Notes: generated from the letters alone by a model not told the origin. A stretch of 64,000 nt of DNA from the human T2T-CHM13v2.0 reference genome, Homo sapiens (GCF_009914755.1 NC_060931.1), one strand, 5' to 3'; shown: positions 42,309 to 56,924, counted from the stretch's first letter. Program-made: numbers and translations.

Positions 42309-42800
42309 TGTCTTAGCCTCGGTCCTCAGATGCCAAGATGGGATTAAATGTGCAAAGATTTCAGAGCTGCAATGCCTGCAAATAAAGTGGCGGGGGCGGG
42401 GTGGGGGGGGCGCTGGAGAGGCTGGAAGAGGGAGAGGAAGAGAAGATTGGGTGGAAGCCCCCTAGACCACCCGGCATTCTCACGGTCCAGCAAGGCCGTC
42501 TGGGAGCAAAGTCAGCAGTCAGAGGAGTTCAGAGTGTCCCAGGGACTCGCCTGCCTCAGTTTCCCTGCCACCTGGCCAAGCCCTGATAGGCGGGGCCTCG
42601 ACCCAAAGCCCTGCGCAGCGGCGGCCCCTGGCCAATGACCCTCCCTGTCGTTAGAGACCCGACCCTGAGCAAGGCTGAGTGCAAGGAGACCGGGTCAGAA
42701 AGGAATGCAAAGGCCCCCTGGCAGGCTGAGGTTAGGGGATTTTAACCTAAGGGCAGAGAGGGAGCACGTCTAAGGGACACTGGGTGGAGCTGTCCCACAG
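42309..42800. mobile_element. Old ERVL-type LTR (LTR41-like), locally GC/CpG rich
   Basis: tgtcttag...cagatgccaagatgggattaaatgtgcaa; agaggagttc...tcccagggactcgcctgcctcagtttccctgcca resemble recalled consensus; family assignment uncertain. Confidence 0.45.
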
Positions 42801-43049
42801 GCCATGGCTCTGGAGTTTGGGAGATGTCTCCAGGAATCTGTGGCGCACAGGTGGCACAAACACCTCAGAAGGAATGGGGAACAGTCAGAACATGTGGAGT
42901 GAAAAGAGGGGGCACGTCCACGTAAGGAACAGATGAAGAAAGTGGAGTCAGGTAGAAGGGGGTGACCCATCAAGCACTGGGGCCAAGGAGGGCTTCTGGA
43001 AGAAGGCAGAAGTGAGGTCTTTCCCTCAAACTACAGAAAATGCAGCCTC

Positions 43050-43076
43050 TTTCTCTCTCTCTCTCTCTCACACACA

Positions 43077-43118
<42 letters not shown>
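43050..43118 (+). repeat. Compound (CT)n(CA)n(CT)n microsatellite
   Basis: ctctctct...cacacacacact...ctctctct. Confidence 0.95.
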
Positions 43119-43119
<1 letters not shown>

Positions 43120-43749
43120 ACAGCCCAGCAAATGACAGTACCCCAACCATCTGAAAGTAAGTCTCTTCTCTAGCACCCCTGGCAGTGACAGGGAAGGCAT
43201 GGAACTTCACAATGAGATGAAACCCCCTCAGAAATGACTTCTTTTTCTCCCAGTCACTGCCTCATTTCTCTGTCCAGCCAAGGCCATGCATGCCTCAGAC
43301 ACAAACCACAGTTATGACCCCTCCATCCATGGAGCATACAGGCACTTTACAGGGATTATTCTTTATGATAATCACAGCCCTCCTAGGAATTGGGGATTAT
43401 TCTCCCCATTTTACGGAATTGGAAACAGGCTCAGAGAAGCTTAATGAGGACGACTGTGCTGAAAGTGACACTCGTGATCTTTGGTGAAGGAAAAGTCAGG
43501 CTGGCACTGCTAACAGGATCAGCCACTAGGTGCAGTGGTCATAGGGCAACGTCGGGGGTTACCCACCAGCCATGCGGGTCACACCAGGCCTGGAACCCAA
43601 ATGTGGAGGTCCATTCCTAGGCCCAGCTCCAAGATACTTAGCCTAAGTCCTGATGTCAGGAATTGAAGTTCAGTTCAGTCTTGAAGTTTCTGAATGGTTC
43701 ATTGCTGCATTTTCCAAAAGGCTCAAGAAGGTGTCTTGCTCATTGTGGT

Positions 43750-43945
43750 CTGGTGACTACAGGGGCAGGACTTGGAGTCAGACCTGGGTTTAACTGCTGT
43801 GTTGGCCCCATCGCTTACTGACCCCTTGGCTGTGAGCAAATCACCCACATCTCCCGCCTCAGTTTCTCTACTAGAAAATGAGACTAATGATACCTTTCTT
43901 TCTGGAATGATAGGAGGATTGAATATATATAAAGCATAGCACATA
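43750..43945 (+). mobile_element. MIR SINE
   Basis: cttggagtcagacctgggttt...gcctcagtttctctactagaaaatgagactaatgatacct. Confidence 0.75.
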
Positions 43946-44677
43946 AAGACACAAGAAAGACAAAGTAAGGGCTCTGTACTTATTTATTTCTACCTTACCT
44001 TGTTCCAAAAGAGATTTAAGGCTGCTGATGCACAATAAATATTTGTTAACTGAATAAATGTAAAATAGAAAATAGAGACTAATGAGCTTGATCTCCCACA
44101 GAGAGGCTCAAAGAGAAAATGAGGGAAAATTGCCTACGGTGAAATTCATTAGGTTGTTTTTAAAATCAATGATTTGAGCTCCAGCCTTTCACTGGAAGGG
44201 AAAAAATGAATTTATTATAGTTTTTAGCTGCAGTTAGGATAATAGGTAACATTCCAAAAAATATGCCTCTTTTCACTAGCTAATAGCATTGAACTTTACA
44301 TCCCCATACCCCTTTTCTTCCTGGGTCCTCAAATGCATGCATATGAAAGAATTCCTGAATGCTGTCCAGGGAGGGGGCAAGAGAGATCAAGGGACCAGAT
44401 AGCTAATTTATTACCAGAATAACTGATAATAAGTTATTAGTTCTTCTAATACAGAAGAACCTCTCACAATTTACAAAGTCTTTACCATGAGACCTGAAAG
44501 AGGCAGTGAGCTATAAAACTCAAGTCGCTCAAACTGAATTCATGTTGTCACAACAGCTGTGGCAGTAGCAGCACAGAGGCCTTCTTAAAGATGCCCACTA
44601 AATGTTCACCATAGTGTTGTTTATAGTTAAAATACAGGAAGCAACCTCAATGTTGCTCAATGAAGACTGCCTTAAAC

Positions 44678-44826
44678 CAGTGCTTCTCACACTTTAATGT
44701 GACATGAACCACCTGAGGATGTTGTGAAAACAGCAGATTCTGAGCCAGCTGGGGGTGAGATGCTGCATTTCTAACAAGCTTCTAGGTGAGACCAGTATCC
44801 ACCGACCACATTTATGAGTAGCAAAA
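44678..44826. mobile_element. MER5A MITE inside an L1ME 3' fragment
   Basis: cagtgcttctcacactttaatgtg...tgcatttctaacaagc...gaccacatttatgagtagcaa. Confidence 0.8.
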
Positions 44827-44933
44827 CCTTGGCTAAAATAACCAGTAATAAGTTTATACTGGAATAATGTACACCTCTTAAAAATGATGATGTGAATCTG
44901 TATATATGCATATGGCAGGGAGTGTAGGATATA

Positions 44934-45272
<339 letters not shown>

Positions 45273-45553
45273 TGTTTGTTTTTTAAGAGACAGCATCTCA
45301 CTCTGTTGCCCAGGCTGGAGTGCAATGGTGTAGTCCTAGCTCACTGCAAGCTTGAACTCTTGGGCTCAAAGAATCCTTCCACCTCAACCTCCCGAGTAGC
45401 TAGGACTACATGCATGCAACACCATGTCTGGCTAATTTTTTTTTATTTTTTGTAGAGATGGGGTCTTGCTATGTTGACTAGGCCAGTCTCAAACTCCTGG
45501 CCTCAAGCAATTCTCCTACCTTGGCCTCCCAAAATGCTGGGATTACAGGTGTG
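45273..45553 (-). mobile_element. AluJ directly abutting the preceding Alu
   Basis: gagacagcatctcactctgttgcccagg...gggtcttgctatgttg...gggattacaggtgtg. Confidence 0.9.
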
Positions 45554-46343
45554 GTATTGTTAAGTGATAAAAGTAGGGCACCCAATTGAAAAGTTAAGGA
45601 TTTTAAAACAGAGTATAAAATAATATGTATATTATAGTTCTATTTTACATGCAAGTGTTTGCTTTGTAAAAAAAAATCTAAAATAATATACTCCAAAATC
45701 CGACAGTATTTCTCTCTAGGTGGTGAAATTTAGAGTGATTTCATTTATTTTTCTTTTGGCGCAACTGTGTTTTCTTTCCTTCTTTCTTTTTTTTTTTCTC
45801 TTTTTACAATAAACAAGTAGCACTGGGTGATATAAAAGGAAAAATCTGCAAGAGGTTATAAGGCCCAAGAAAATGCTTTTTCTCTAGATGATTGTGTAAG
45901 AATATATATACACAATCAGTCAAGAATAGAAAAATATAAAAGGCTTCTCAGGAAGTCAAGCTAATTTCAAATGTGACCACTCCACCCATCAAGGCACCCC
46001 AAAGACCGTTAGAAAAGGAGGTTGGTTTCCAGTGGCTTGCTGTGAGGAAAGGACTTTGTACAGGACAAGTTGAAACTCTACGTGTAAGGAGCTGGTTAGG
46101 AATAGTGAAGAAGATAATGGCTGGCCTAGAGGCCCAAGGCGCCCCAAGCCTACGGACAGGGGCTGGATGCTGTGACCCTAGAGATCTGGGGATGGGATCT
46201 CTTGGGGCATGAGGATACACAGTGCAGAGGGCTCTGGAGCACGTGGGATCCAGATGCAAATTCCAGCTTTGCCATTTAGCAGCTTAACCACCTTGTGCCT
46301 CTGTTTCCTCCAATGCAAAATGGACATACAAAGAGGACTCTGT

Positions 46344-46662
<319 letters not shown>

Positions 46663-48082
46663 AGGGCTCTGCTGAGGGTTAAATCAGATAACTTTTGAGA
46701 ATTGTTCCACAATGTCAGCCACCTTGGGCAAGTCTTCTGGACAGTCTAATCTACTTGACAGGGATGGAGCCAGTGGAAAGAGTTTTGCTTTTTGTTTGTT
46801 TTTTAACTTCAGCACATATTATTGTGCTAAATTAGATACATATTATTTCCTTTAGATAATTTCATATGAAGATGTAATGCCACGCTATTCTAGAACAGAT
46901 AAACAATAAGAGGTATCATTTCTTAAAGAGAAGTGTAGGGGAGAAAAAGTTTAAAAATAAGAATATTTAACCCAGGAACACGATCATATCCAAAATAGGA
47001 ATAATGCTGTGAGTGGGTAGTTTTTACTAGAAGGAAATCTACTATATTGGAAGAAGATATAGTAGCAGATTAGTTAGTAGAAATTAAGTAACGTTCTTGT
47101 GAAAATGTAGAAAACTCACAGCCCCAGAAGAACTTATTGACAAACAGACAAAACAGGACGAAGTTCACACACCTGTTACAGGTTTTGCACCATCCCTCTC
47201 AGTCTTAGCAACAGGGCCTCCACATTATGATAATAATAATAACACATGGGGCAAATGTTTGCAAAGAAAATGAACATGAGCCAGAGGGGCAGCCTTGTGA
47301 TCTCTCTACTCCACCTTGGAGAACATCCACAGAGACATGCAGCAGGACTTTTTGCTGCAAATACAGGAAGATGCCATGAAGGGAAGACTTTGGGGAGATA
47401 AACTGGGCTGTCTTGCTTAGGAACTCCTGGGGTGTTGCAACCCGTTTTTTCTGCCATTGGGTTAGTTACAACAAATGCCAATAAGTCACCTCCACTTTGT
47501 CTCACTTGTTCTTTGCAGCAGCAGCTCAGCCTTGGAAGGACGTTGCCTGAGAAATGAAGAAGCTCATTAACTTGGGTCGGTAGATTGGACAGTGTAGCAC
47601 CTGTAGACCTTGAATCTTAAGATGCCTTGTGTGATCAGCCAGAGAAATGAAAACTAATCAGGAGGGTGAAACTGCAATGGGGCCCGCAGTGAATAGTGAG
47701 GAGGCACAGCCAACAGGCTGAGGCCCAGACTCAGTGGTAGCCCTTGCAACCCAGCTTGACTGGCCTGTGCTGGGAAATGCAGCTGGCCTAAGAAATGATT
47801 AAATCCTCAAACGTCTAGGACAAACATTCCAACCATCCTACCAGACTAGATCATGTACATATATATCCATTTGTCCCACAAGGGAATTTCAGAAAAAAAG
47901 TGACGTCTCATTGAACTAATGAAGATGTCGTTCTCCCACTTAAGTGAATTCTGGAAACTCTAAACATTCATTTGCACAAATCAATAGAGTCTCAAAGCCA
48001 ATGTTTATTGCCTTCAGTGAGATTTATTATGCTGTAAAAACTTTGACTTTTGACCAGCAAAATATTAAAAATTAAGTTGCCC

Positions 48083-48360
48083 GTGTCACTCTTGGCTATC
48101 TAATCAACAGCCATTCTCCCTTCAAAGACTAGCAAACAGAATTCTATGTTTGGGTGCAATGGACCCAGTCCCATGAAATGACGTAACGATTGTTCTAACT
48201 CAATAGTGACACCCCCTTCCACTAAGCCAGTGATTGATTTAGGAGTGTGCATGTGACCCAGTTCTAGTCAATGAGATTTGAGGAAATAACTGCTGAGGCA
48301 GCCATATTGCCACCATTAAGCAATGAACTGGAAAACAAAAGCTGAGAATTGCAGAGCTAT
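48083..48360 (+). mobile_element. LTR33-like ERVL LTR fragment
   Basis: caacagccattctccctt...cagtgattgatttaggagtgtgcatgtgacccagttctagtcaatgagat. Confidence 0.55.
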
Positions 48361-49692
48361 TCTTATTGTGTATAAATATTGAATGTGACAAAGGAAAAGA
48401 ATGCATTGAGCAAAAAGAAATGGGTCTATACTATAATATTAACAAGTATTTATTAAGCATCTACCATATGCTTAGTTAACCCTATGATACGGGGTATGGA
48501 ATAATTATCAACCTCTATAGCACTGGCTTTGAAATGGAGATGGAGGTGACGGTGTTTCAGGTTGTTAAAGAAGTGCTCTAGCTACTGGTGATGAAGAAAT
48601 CTATTTCAGCTAGGGCATACCCGGGAGGTGACTTCTAGCACAGCACTCAAATAATATTAGTTACAAAAAAGAAGAGTAGTTACAATCTTCACAATGACAG
48701 ACATAGGACAAAGAGTGCCCCGGTGAGAGGGAAGACAGTAGTGTTCAGCCTCTCATATCAGTCCCCTGAACCAGGGAAATAGGCAGCCAGCATTTTGCAA
48801 AGCATATTAGAGAAAAGCAAAGATGTCCATTAAAATGAATTGAAAAAGTCTTGGTCCTGTGCTTTGAGCAAATGTATTAACATAAACCAAGAACTTCCTG
48901 TAATTACAGCACTTCTGAAGTAAAAGTATGGCTGGGCTACCCCAAAGGACAGTCATCCCACTATTTCTTTAGCCACAGTAGACATAGGGTTATCACAGTA
49001 AGGGGAACTGGAACTCAATTTCAGACCCCACTGGACTTCCTTCATGGTTCCTTGCATTTGTTTGTTAGGGAGACAGTATTCACTTCAGGGCTCAGGTGGC
49101 AGGACAGATGAGCATGGGGGTTTTCAGAAGAGGAGGTCCATGAGAACCAGAGGGTAAAGTTTGAATTTTGCCTTCAAAGACTTGTACACCGATTTGTGGG
49201 GGTACCGCAGCTATAGGTGTGTCTATAGTCAGCATGATGCCAACTGACTCATTACCAAAATCAGTTGTGTCAACACCATAAATGTGGCAGCCTCGTTCAG
49301 AGAAATCAAATGTAAAAGTGTTTTAAATTTAAAAACACTGATGATTTTTAAATTGTGCTTGAGGTTAAATTGTTCCCCTACCTTGTTGGGTTCCTGAGAA
49401 CAATGCAGTTAGAATAACAATCTCGCTGCTGCATCTTTTCCAGAGATCTCAAAGCATGACTTGAGTGTCATTCTCATTACAAAAGTGGAGAATGGAGGAT
49501 TGCTTGGGCAGAAACATACACCAGAGGACAGCAGGAAAGCTTGAAGATAGTTAAATCTTAAGAGAGTTCTAGAACTAGAAGGGGTCTTAGAAACATCTAG
49601 TATAACCTCTCAAACATTTTTAGCAGTAGAACATTTCATTCAAATGAAATTTTACACAGAACCCCAATATGGATATAATGGCATTTATTTAG

Positions 49693-50000
<308 letters not shown>

Positions 50001-51599
50001 ATAGATAGTTTATTTTTCAAGTGAAAACTTTCATATTATGAAGTGGGTCTGTGAGACCAATTAGATGGTTTGTTGGATGTGAAAAATTTTAAATCAGGGG
50101 TTAAGGACTGTTATGACTAGATCAGCTTCAGCATCCATTGTATTTCTCTGATGTGTGTTAGTTACACAGAATCGAGAAACTTCTGATTGGTAAGTAGGGA
50201 CAAACTTGAAAGTAGGGATGAGCTTCACCACTCACCCTGCAATCTCAGGATACTTTTCAAAGAAACTGAAATCATAGGAGAAGCTTTATTCCAAGATGAA
50301 TCAGAAAAATAGCTCATCCTGCAACATAAATTAACGTGTTTACAATTTGCTAACGTGCTTAAGAAAATTGATATGGTTCATAAAACAAGGACATGCATAT
50401 AATGTTTTTAAGTACAAATATATTTCATGACTGATGTTTGAATCAAATGTTTGCCCAATTTCTAAAGCAACTCTACAAGTCGCTAAGTTTCTGCAGAACC
50501 ATCTAGAACACACTGATCAAATTAAATTTCCTCTTTTTTATAAATAAAGAATTTAGGTCCTGATTGGAGAGATTATTGCTTGAAGTCACACAGTTAGGGT
50601 TGCATATCTAGGACTAAAACCCAGAACTTTTTACCCAAAATCTACAGGGGCTTCCCCTAAAGATGCTGCAGTTCTATGTAAAAATGTTCTCTTTTATATA
50701 GATGCCTTTTCTACTGCTAGCAAAGAAACTAAGCTCACACATGTCATCAGATAAGACCTCGAACACTTTGACATGTATTTCCAAGCTAATGAGGAAAAAA
50801 AAAAACTTCTGAATAAAAACTTCTCTGCAGGATGCCCACACCCAGCCCCTACTGACATCAGTGGCCCTGATGAGCCAAGCAGGCTCCTGATGAGCTTGTA
50901 GGCACATCACCTGCATAGTCACTCACACCAGTGACCACTCTCTCCATGGCCTATACTTTGCACTTTCTCAGTAAATCTTGCTGAACAAAAAGTGAGAAGC
51001 CAGTGAACATAAAAGCACATTTTAGGGAAGAGTTTGACATCAAACAAATACCAGCAGCAGGAAAACAGCTCCACCTCCTTTCCATATCCAGCCTCTGTCT
51101 AAGACCTCCCCTACCTGAAAGTTAGCAGGAACATCAGGGAAAAAAAAATAAAACCAAAAAAAAAAAGCCTTAAGTCTTTCAGGTTGCACCTGCAAACAGG
51201 TCCTGGAAATGGGTTGTGGTTGCACAAGGGCAATGAAATTAAGTGAATGTGTAGTTCCCCTTGTGGTTCATTTATGCACGCACTCCCAAACCCCACGACC
51301 ACACAGAGTTGATGAATCACTTGTTCATCTGTTTAACTGAATGTCTAAGACAAGATATCATTCCCATTGCTGAAAACATCCAGAAAATTCATTAACAGGA
51401 TGACATAATACAGAAGCATGCTCACTTAGCATGACCCTGTAACTGTAGATACCAGCTTATCGAGTTGGCATACTTTAATTATGAACTGCAAGATAGGTAA
51501 AACTCAATATCCAATTTATGAAAATGCAAACATATTTTCATTTACTTTGGGTATAAATGGCCATAGTGTAAGCAGAAAATTGTATTACAATACTATTCC

Positions 51600-51770
51600 T
51601 GATAATATCAACAATAACTATTTTTGTTGATTATTTACCATATACCAAGCACTGCTATAAATACTTAACATGTATTAGCTCTTTAATTTTCACTATAACT
51701 CTAAGAAATAGGTACTATTTGTCAGCCCAATTTTACAACAAAGCAAACTGAGGCAAAGAGAAGAAATAGG
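51600..51770 (-). mobile_element. MIR SINE
   Basis: ccaagcactgctataaatactt...aggtactatt...ttttacaacaaagcaaactgaggca. Confidence 0.7.
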
Positions 51771-52079
51771 TATTAGAAGTGACAAAAACAAGCATAAACA
51801 GGATTTGAATGAGTGTGCATTTCTTCCTACCTAGATATTAATTAGTATGTAATCATGACTCAGAAAACAAGGAAGAAAAAAACGTTTAAACTTCCCAAAC
51901 ATACAACATCTCCTTCAGCTCTCATGTTAGCACAAATAAGAGGCATTTCAACCCAAGATCAAACAGTTTGATTAAATCCTATAGTTTAGAGATTGAATGG
52001 AACCTGAGGATCTAGGAGTGGGGCTGGGTGACTGCAAGAAAGGCAGCTCTTTGCAAGACTGTTCTGCGTGATGATCAGG

Positions 52080-52290
52080 TGTTGCAGCTCTGAAACCACA
52101 GAGCTTGGATTCCAACCCTGGCTCGCCACTTGTGAGCTCTGTGATCTTAAGAAAGTTGTTTAATCTTTTCCATGGAAATAATAATAATAATAATAACTAT
52201 CTCACAGGGATGTTGTGAGGATTAAATGAGCCTGTGAAGGTGTGACATAGCACCCGGTCCACAAGAACCACTCAATACATATCAGTTACT
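52080..52290 (+). mobile_element. MIR SINE
   Basis: gctctgtgatcttaagaaagttgtttaatc...ctcacagggatgttgtgaggattaaatgag. Confidence 0.75.
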
Positions 52291-52466
52291 GTTACTATGA
52301 TCACTACTACCACCAACTGGAGAAATAACTGGAAATTAAGGTTTTTATAAGACAGAAAGAACAAAATCCTGGCTTTTATGAGACAGTTGTGTACTACTCT
52401 GTTCTTAGACTCATTCATAAGGGGGAAAAAATCCCTATACCCCATATCACGCAAAAGCTGCATGCA

Positions 52467-52760
52467 GCACAGGCACAGTGGCTCATGCCTGTAATCCCGG
52501 CACTTTGGGAGACTAAAGCAGGCAGATCGCTTGAGCCCAGGAGTTACCAGCCTGGACAACATGGCAAAACCCCATCTCTACAAAAAATACAAAAATTAGC
52601 CAGGCATGGTTGTGCACACCTGCGGTCCTAGCTATCCAGGAGGCTGAAGTGGGAGAATCACCTGAGCTTGGGAGGTCGTGATGGGCTTGAGCCATGATCA
52701 TGCCACTGCACTCTAGCCTGGGTGATGGAGCAAGACCCTGCCTCAAAAAACAAAAACAAA
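52467..52760 (+). mobile_element. AluJb-like SINE
   Basis: TSD aaaagctgcatgca (52453-52466) / aaaatctgtatgca (52761-52774); gatcgcttgagcccaggag. Confidence 0.92.
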
Positions 52761-54815
52761 AAAATCTGTATGCATGCTAAGTTTTCCAACAATAAGCAAC
52801 ATATGACACTACTCACACATGAATAGTTTCTTTAATCTTCTATAAACCCACTTTTATTAAGTCTTCTCAAATTGCCAATGGGCATTTAGAAATTTTTACA
52901 GAAGCTTTGTAAAATGAGATATGATGGATCTGGCCCAAAATGGTATAAAGCCACAAATCCTAAAGCAGATACTTCTGATAAATGGCAACAAAAACATAGA
53001 AAAAGATTTTTAAAAATAATAACAGAACTAAAATTGATCATAGTCTAATACTAGAACCTGGGAGCAACTGACAGGACTAAATTAAAACACCAGCAGCTGA
53101 GACTTCAGCTCTTGATGTAGTCTGGCTTCGATGAATAAAACAGAGGTCACCAGACAAAAGGAAGAAAGAGAAAGATGCTTCAAACCTCCTCTTTCATTCC
53201 TCAGCTTCATGTCTGTTCTCCTATCCTCATCCCTAACTCTATCTCCACCTCTTCCAAATCTAAGCAGAAACCACAAATTCTAGAAAATATAACACTAATG
53301 TGGGTAAGAAGAGACTTGATGGTAGCACAACACATTTGTCTTAGATAAAGGCAATATACCATCACGATGAACCCTAATAACAACACGTACTGGAAATTGG
53401 CTTGTCCATGTTCAGAGTACCAGAGAATCAGGCAGTGGGAGGAGATAGAAGGTGCCACTTCATTAGAGCAGGACACACCGGTGATGTCCTAATGGAAACA
53501 GGAAACTGGACTGGGAGCAGTGCATACCAATATGCCACAAGTGTGAAAAGGGAATTGGATTATATAGCAAAAAAAAAAGAAGCTGAAACACGGGCAGATG
53601 GAAATTAAACACAACGAGTTGCCAAAAAAAAAAAAAATGCAGGAGAGAAGGAAGGATTCCAAGAAGATAATGTGATTACAGAAGTAATATACATATTGGA
53701 AACAGGTTTAGAACCAAACTGATGCTATAGAAAATCTATTTAGTGGTGTGGAAAACAGACTCTCCAAGTTCTAGTAGAATATAGAGGGAAAGAACTGGAA
53801 ATTAAAATGACTCTAGTTGTGGAAGACAAAGACTGGAAAGTCAATATGAGAAAAATGAGTGTTCCTCAAGGAGAACTCAGAATAAATGGAAAAAAAGTAA
53901 TAATCAAAGATACAGTAGAAGAAATTCTTCCTCACCTAAAGACAAACTGCATAAGCAGATCAAATGGGCCTTTAGTTTTCTGAAAAATCCATTAGAAGAG
54001 ATTCACATCTACTCACATGCTTACAAACTATTTACAAGGATAAGTTTAAAATAAAATTTAATTTAAAAACCTATAAGCACCAAGGCAAATAAACCAGGTT
54101 GCCTAGCAAATATGAAAATTAGTCAGGCTTCAGACTTCTCCAGTGCTGGACTAGCTCCAAGGCGATGCTGTCTCAATGCCTATAGCATTTTGAAGAAGAA
54201 AAAAGTTATGATCCAGTAATTTTTCATGTATCTGCCATGTTGAAAAGGGATGTTCAGATACACAAGCTCTTAAGACACACAGGAGCTTCCAGAAAGCTTC
54301 TTGAATTTGTTGTCCAGAAAGGGCACAAAGTAACCGATAATGAAAAATAAAACTAGTTTTAAAAGATAAACAATTGGCAGAAAGCTGGATATAAAAGAGG
54401 ACTCAATAAAAACTGGAGTGAGGATTCTTTGGGGAGTGAGAGAAATGTTCTAAAATTAGATAGTGGTGGGAGTGGCACAATTCTGAAAATTTACTAAAAA
54501 TCATTGAATTGTATACTTAAGAGGAATTTATTTTATTGCAAATTATGCCTCAATAAAGCTGTTTGAAAAACCAAACTCAAATATAAAAACTGATCAGATA
54601 GAAAAGCCAAAATCAAATACACTAACATAGCGTAGCAAGTAGGAAGGATGACAGAGTGTGTTCAACACTTTATCACCAGAGGTGCCATTTCACAAGTGAC
54701 TCTCACAATCTGAAAAGGCCAATCAAAGAACATTTTTGAAAAATTAAAAATAACTACCACTAGAATATATGTCTTCCAAACATTAGAAAAGATAAAAGGT
54801 AAAGAAAATATAGCC

Positions 54816-55122
54816 CAGGGAGGGAGGATGGGGAAAGGTCGGTCAACAGGTACAAAGTTGCACTTAGATAGGAGGAATAAGTCCTGGTGTTCTATTGCAC
54901 AGTAGGGTGATTGTGGTTAACAATAATTCATTGTATATTTCAAATAGCTACACAAGAGGATGCTGAATGTTCTAACCACAATGAAAGGATCAATGTTTGA
55001 GGTGAAAGATTTGCTAATTACCCTGATTTGATCATTATACAATATATACATGCATTGAAATATGACATTATACCCCATAAACATGTACTATTATTTGTCA
55101 ATTAAAAATAAAATAAAACTTA
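54816..55122 (+). mobile_element. L1MA-like 3' end, 5'-truncated
   Basis: ggtacaaagtt...agataggaggaataag...ccctgatttgatcattatac...aattaaaaataaa; TSD aaagaaaatata at 54801-54812 and 55123-55134. Confidence 0.85.
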
Positions 55123-56219
55123 AAAGAAAATATAATCTATATACCAAAAAAGAAAACATAAAGGAAAGAGCAACATAGCATCTTTCAAGTAGAAAATGCT
55201 GATATGCCAGAAATAAGAGCAAATATAATAATTATAACAATTACATTAATCTCCTCTATTAAAAATTTTGAAACTATAAACTCGGGTCAAAAAAACAAAA
55301 TACTGTACCTAAAGCAAAGTAAAATAAATATATAAGGGCAAAAACCTAATTTCTTGGTCTGATGAAAAGTGTAAACATTTTGAACTGAGAACTTCATTTA
55401 AAATGGTTATTCAACTTTATGTTTATTGCAACAGAAAGGTGACCATGACATATTTGTAAGTGGGAAAAAAATGTAGACTATCACAACAGCATGCACAGAA
55501 TGATCCCACGGCAAATTGTGAATGTGTGTGTTCATGTGCACACACACCCAATAGAATATATAAAAGGGATTCACTAAAACATCAGAAGTAGATTTGGGGA
55601 GATTTTAATGCTTTGGTCTGGTTGAGTTTTTAACAATGAGAATATAATATGTTCACACACAGAGATACACACAAGATATTGTAAATTTGTAGAAAGACAG
55701 TGGTAAATACCATTTAGTGGTACTTACCCAATAATTTTATATTGGAAAGCAGTAAAATTGATAGTGAATATATAATTCTCATAAATTCCATGAAACAAGT
55801 TATAGTGTACTAAAATATGTATAAAGCTAAAACTGAAATACAAGAAGAAATTCATAAGAAAAAATTATATTAGGATAATTCTTTAATAAACAAATTGTCT
55901 TCATCAGGTCAAACAGCCAAAAAATAGAGAAAAAGCTAAATAATTGTATTAATGTAATTACTAATCTGGATAATGACTCTTCATTATATCATTACAACAT
56001 AATTAAATTAATTTAATAAATACATTGACGATACATATGAAAACAGAAACATACTCTATTTTTCAGCGCCCATGAAACATGTACAAAAATTGATTTAGAA
56101 TTGGACCACATAGAAAGTTGCAGTTATGCTCTTGACTACAGCCCTATCAAAAAGTCTAAAAATTTTCTAATGAAAACTGGCAAATTAAAAGTCCATCAAG
56201 AATAAAAATGAGCAAAAAT

Positions 56220-56500
56220 AGCCTGGGCGAAGTTGTTGCTTTGGGAAGCTGAGGCGGGAGGATTGCTCGAGGCCAGGAACTCGAGACCAGCCTGAGCCAC
56301 ACAGCAAGACTGTCTCCACAAAAATCAAAAAATTATCAGAGTGTGGCGGTACACACCTATAGTCCTAGCTACTTGGGAGCCTGAGGCAAGAGGATCACTA
56401 GAACCAAGAAGTTTGAGGCTACCGTGAGCTATGATCATGCCACCACACTTCAGACTGGGCAACAGAGTGAGACTTTTTCTCTAAAAAAATTTAAAAATAA
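56220..56500 (+). mobile_element. AluJ SINE
   Basis: gctgaggcgggaggattgctcgaggccagg...gtgagctatgatcatgccacc. Confidence 0.88.
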
Positions 56501-56924
56501 AGAGGAAATTCCAAAAGCAGACCCAAATATGTATGTGTGTGTAACATTAGTATTATTAAATTAATATTTTAAATCAGTGCAGAAAAAAATGGGTAAATTT
56601 AGGGAAAAAACAATTAAATCTCTACCTTATTACAAAATGAATTTTAGATGAAGTAAGGATTTAAATATAAAAATAAAACTATAAAGTACTAGAAGAAAAT
56701 ATTGATGCATATTTTCAAAATCTGTTCAATGTAGAAGTTTTTCTAAACATGAATTATAAATGAATAAAACTGATAGGCTTATTTAAAAATTTAACATCTG
56801 AACATAAACAAGGCTAAAATGCCTATTTGCAAACTGTGAAAATTATTTGCAACAAATATCACAAAGGCTGAATAGCCTTAATTTTTATTTTTAATTTTGA
56901 TATATAAAAATTTCATATAAATTA

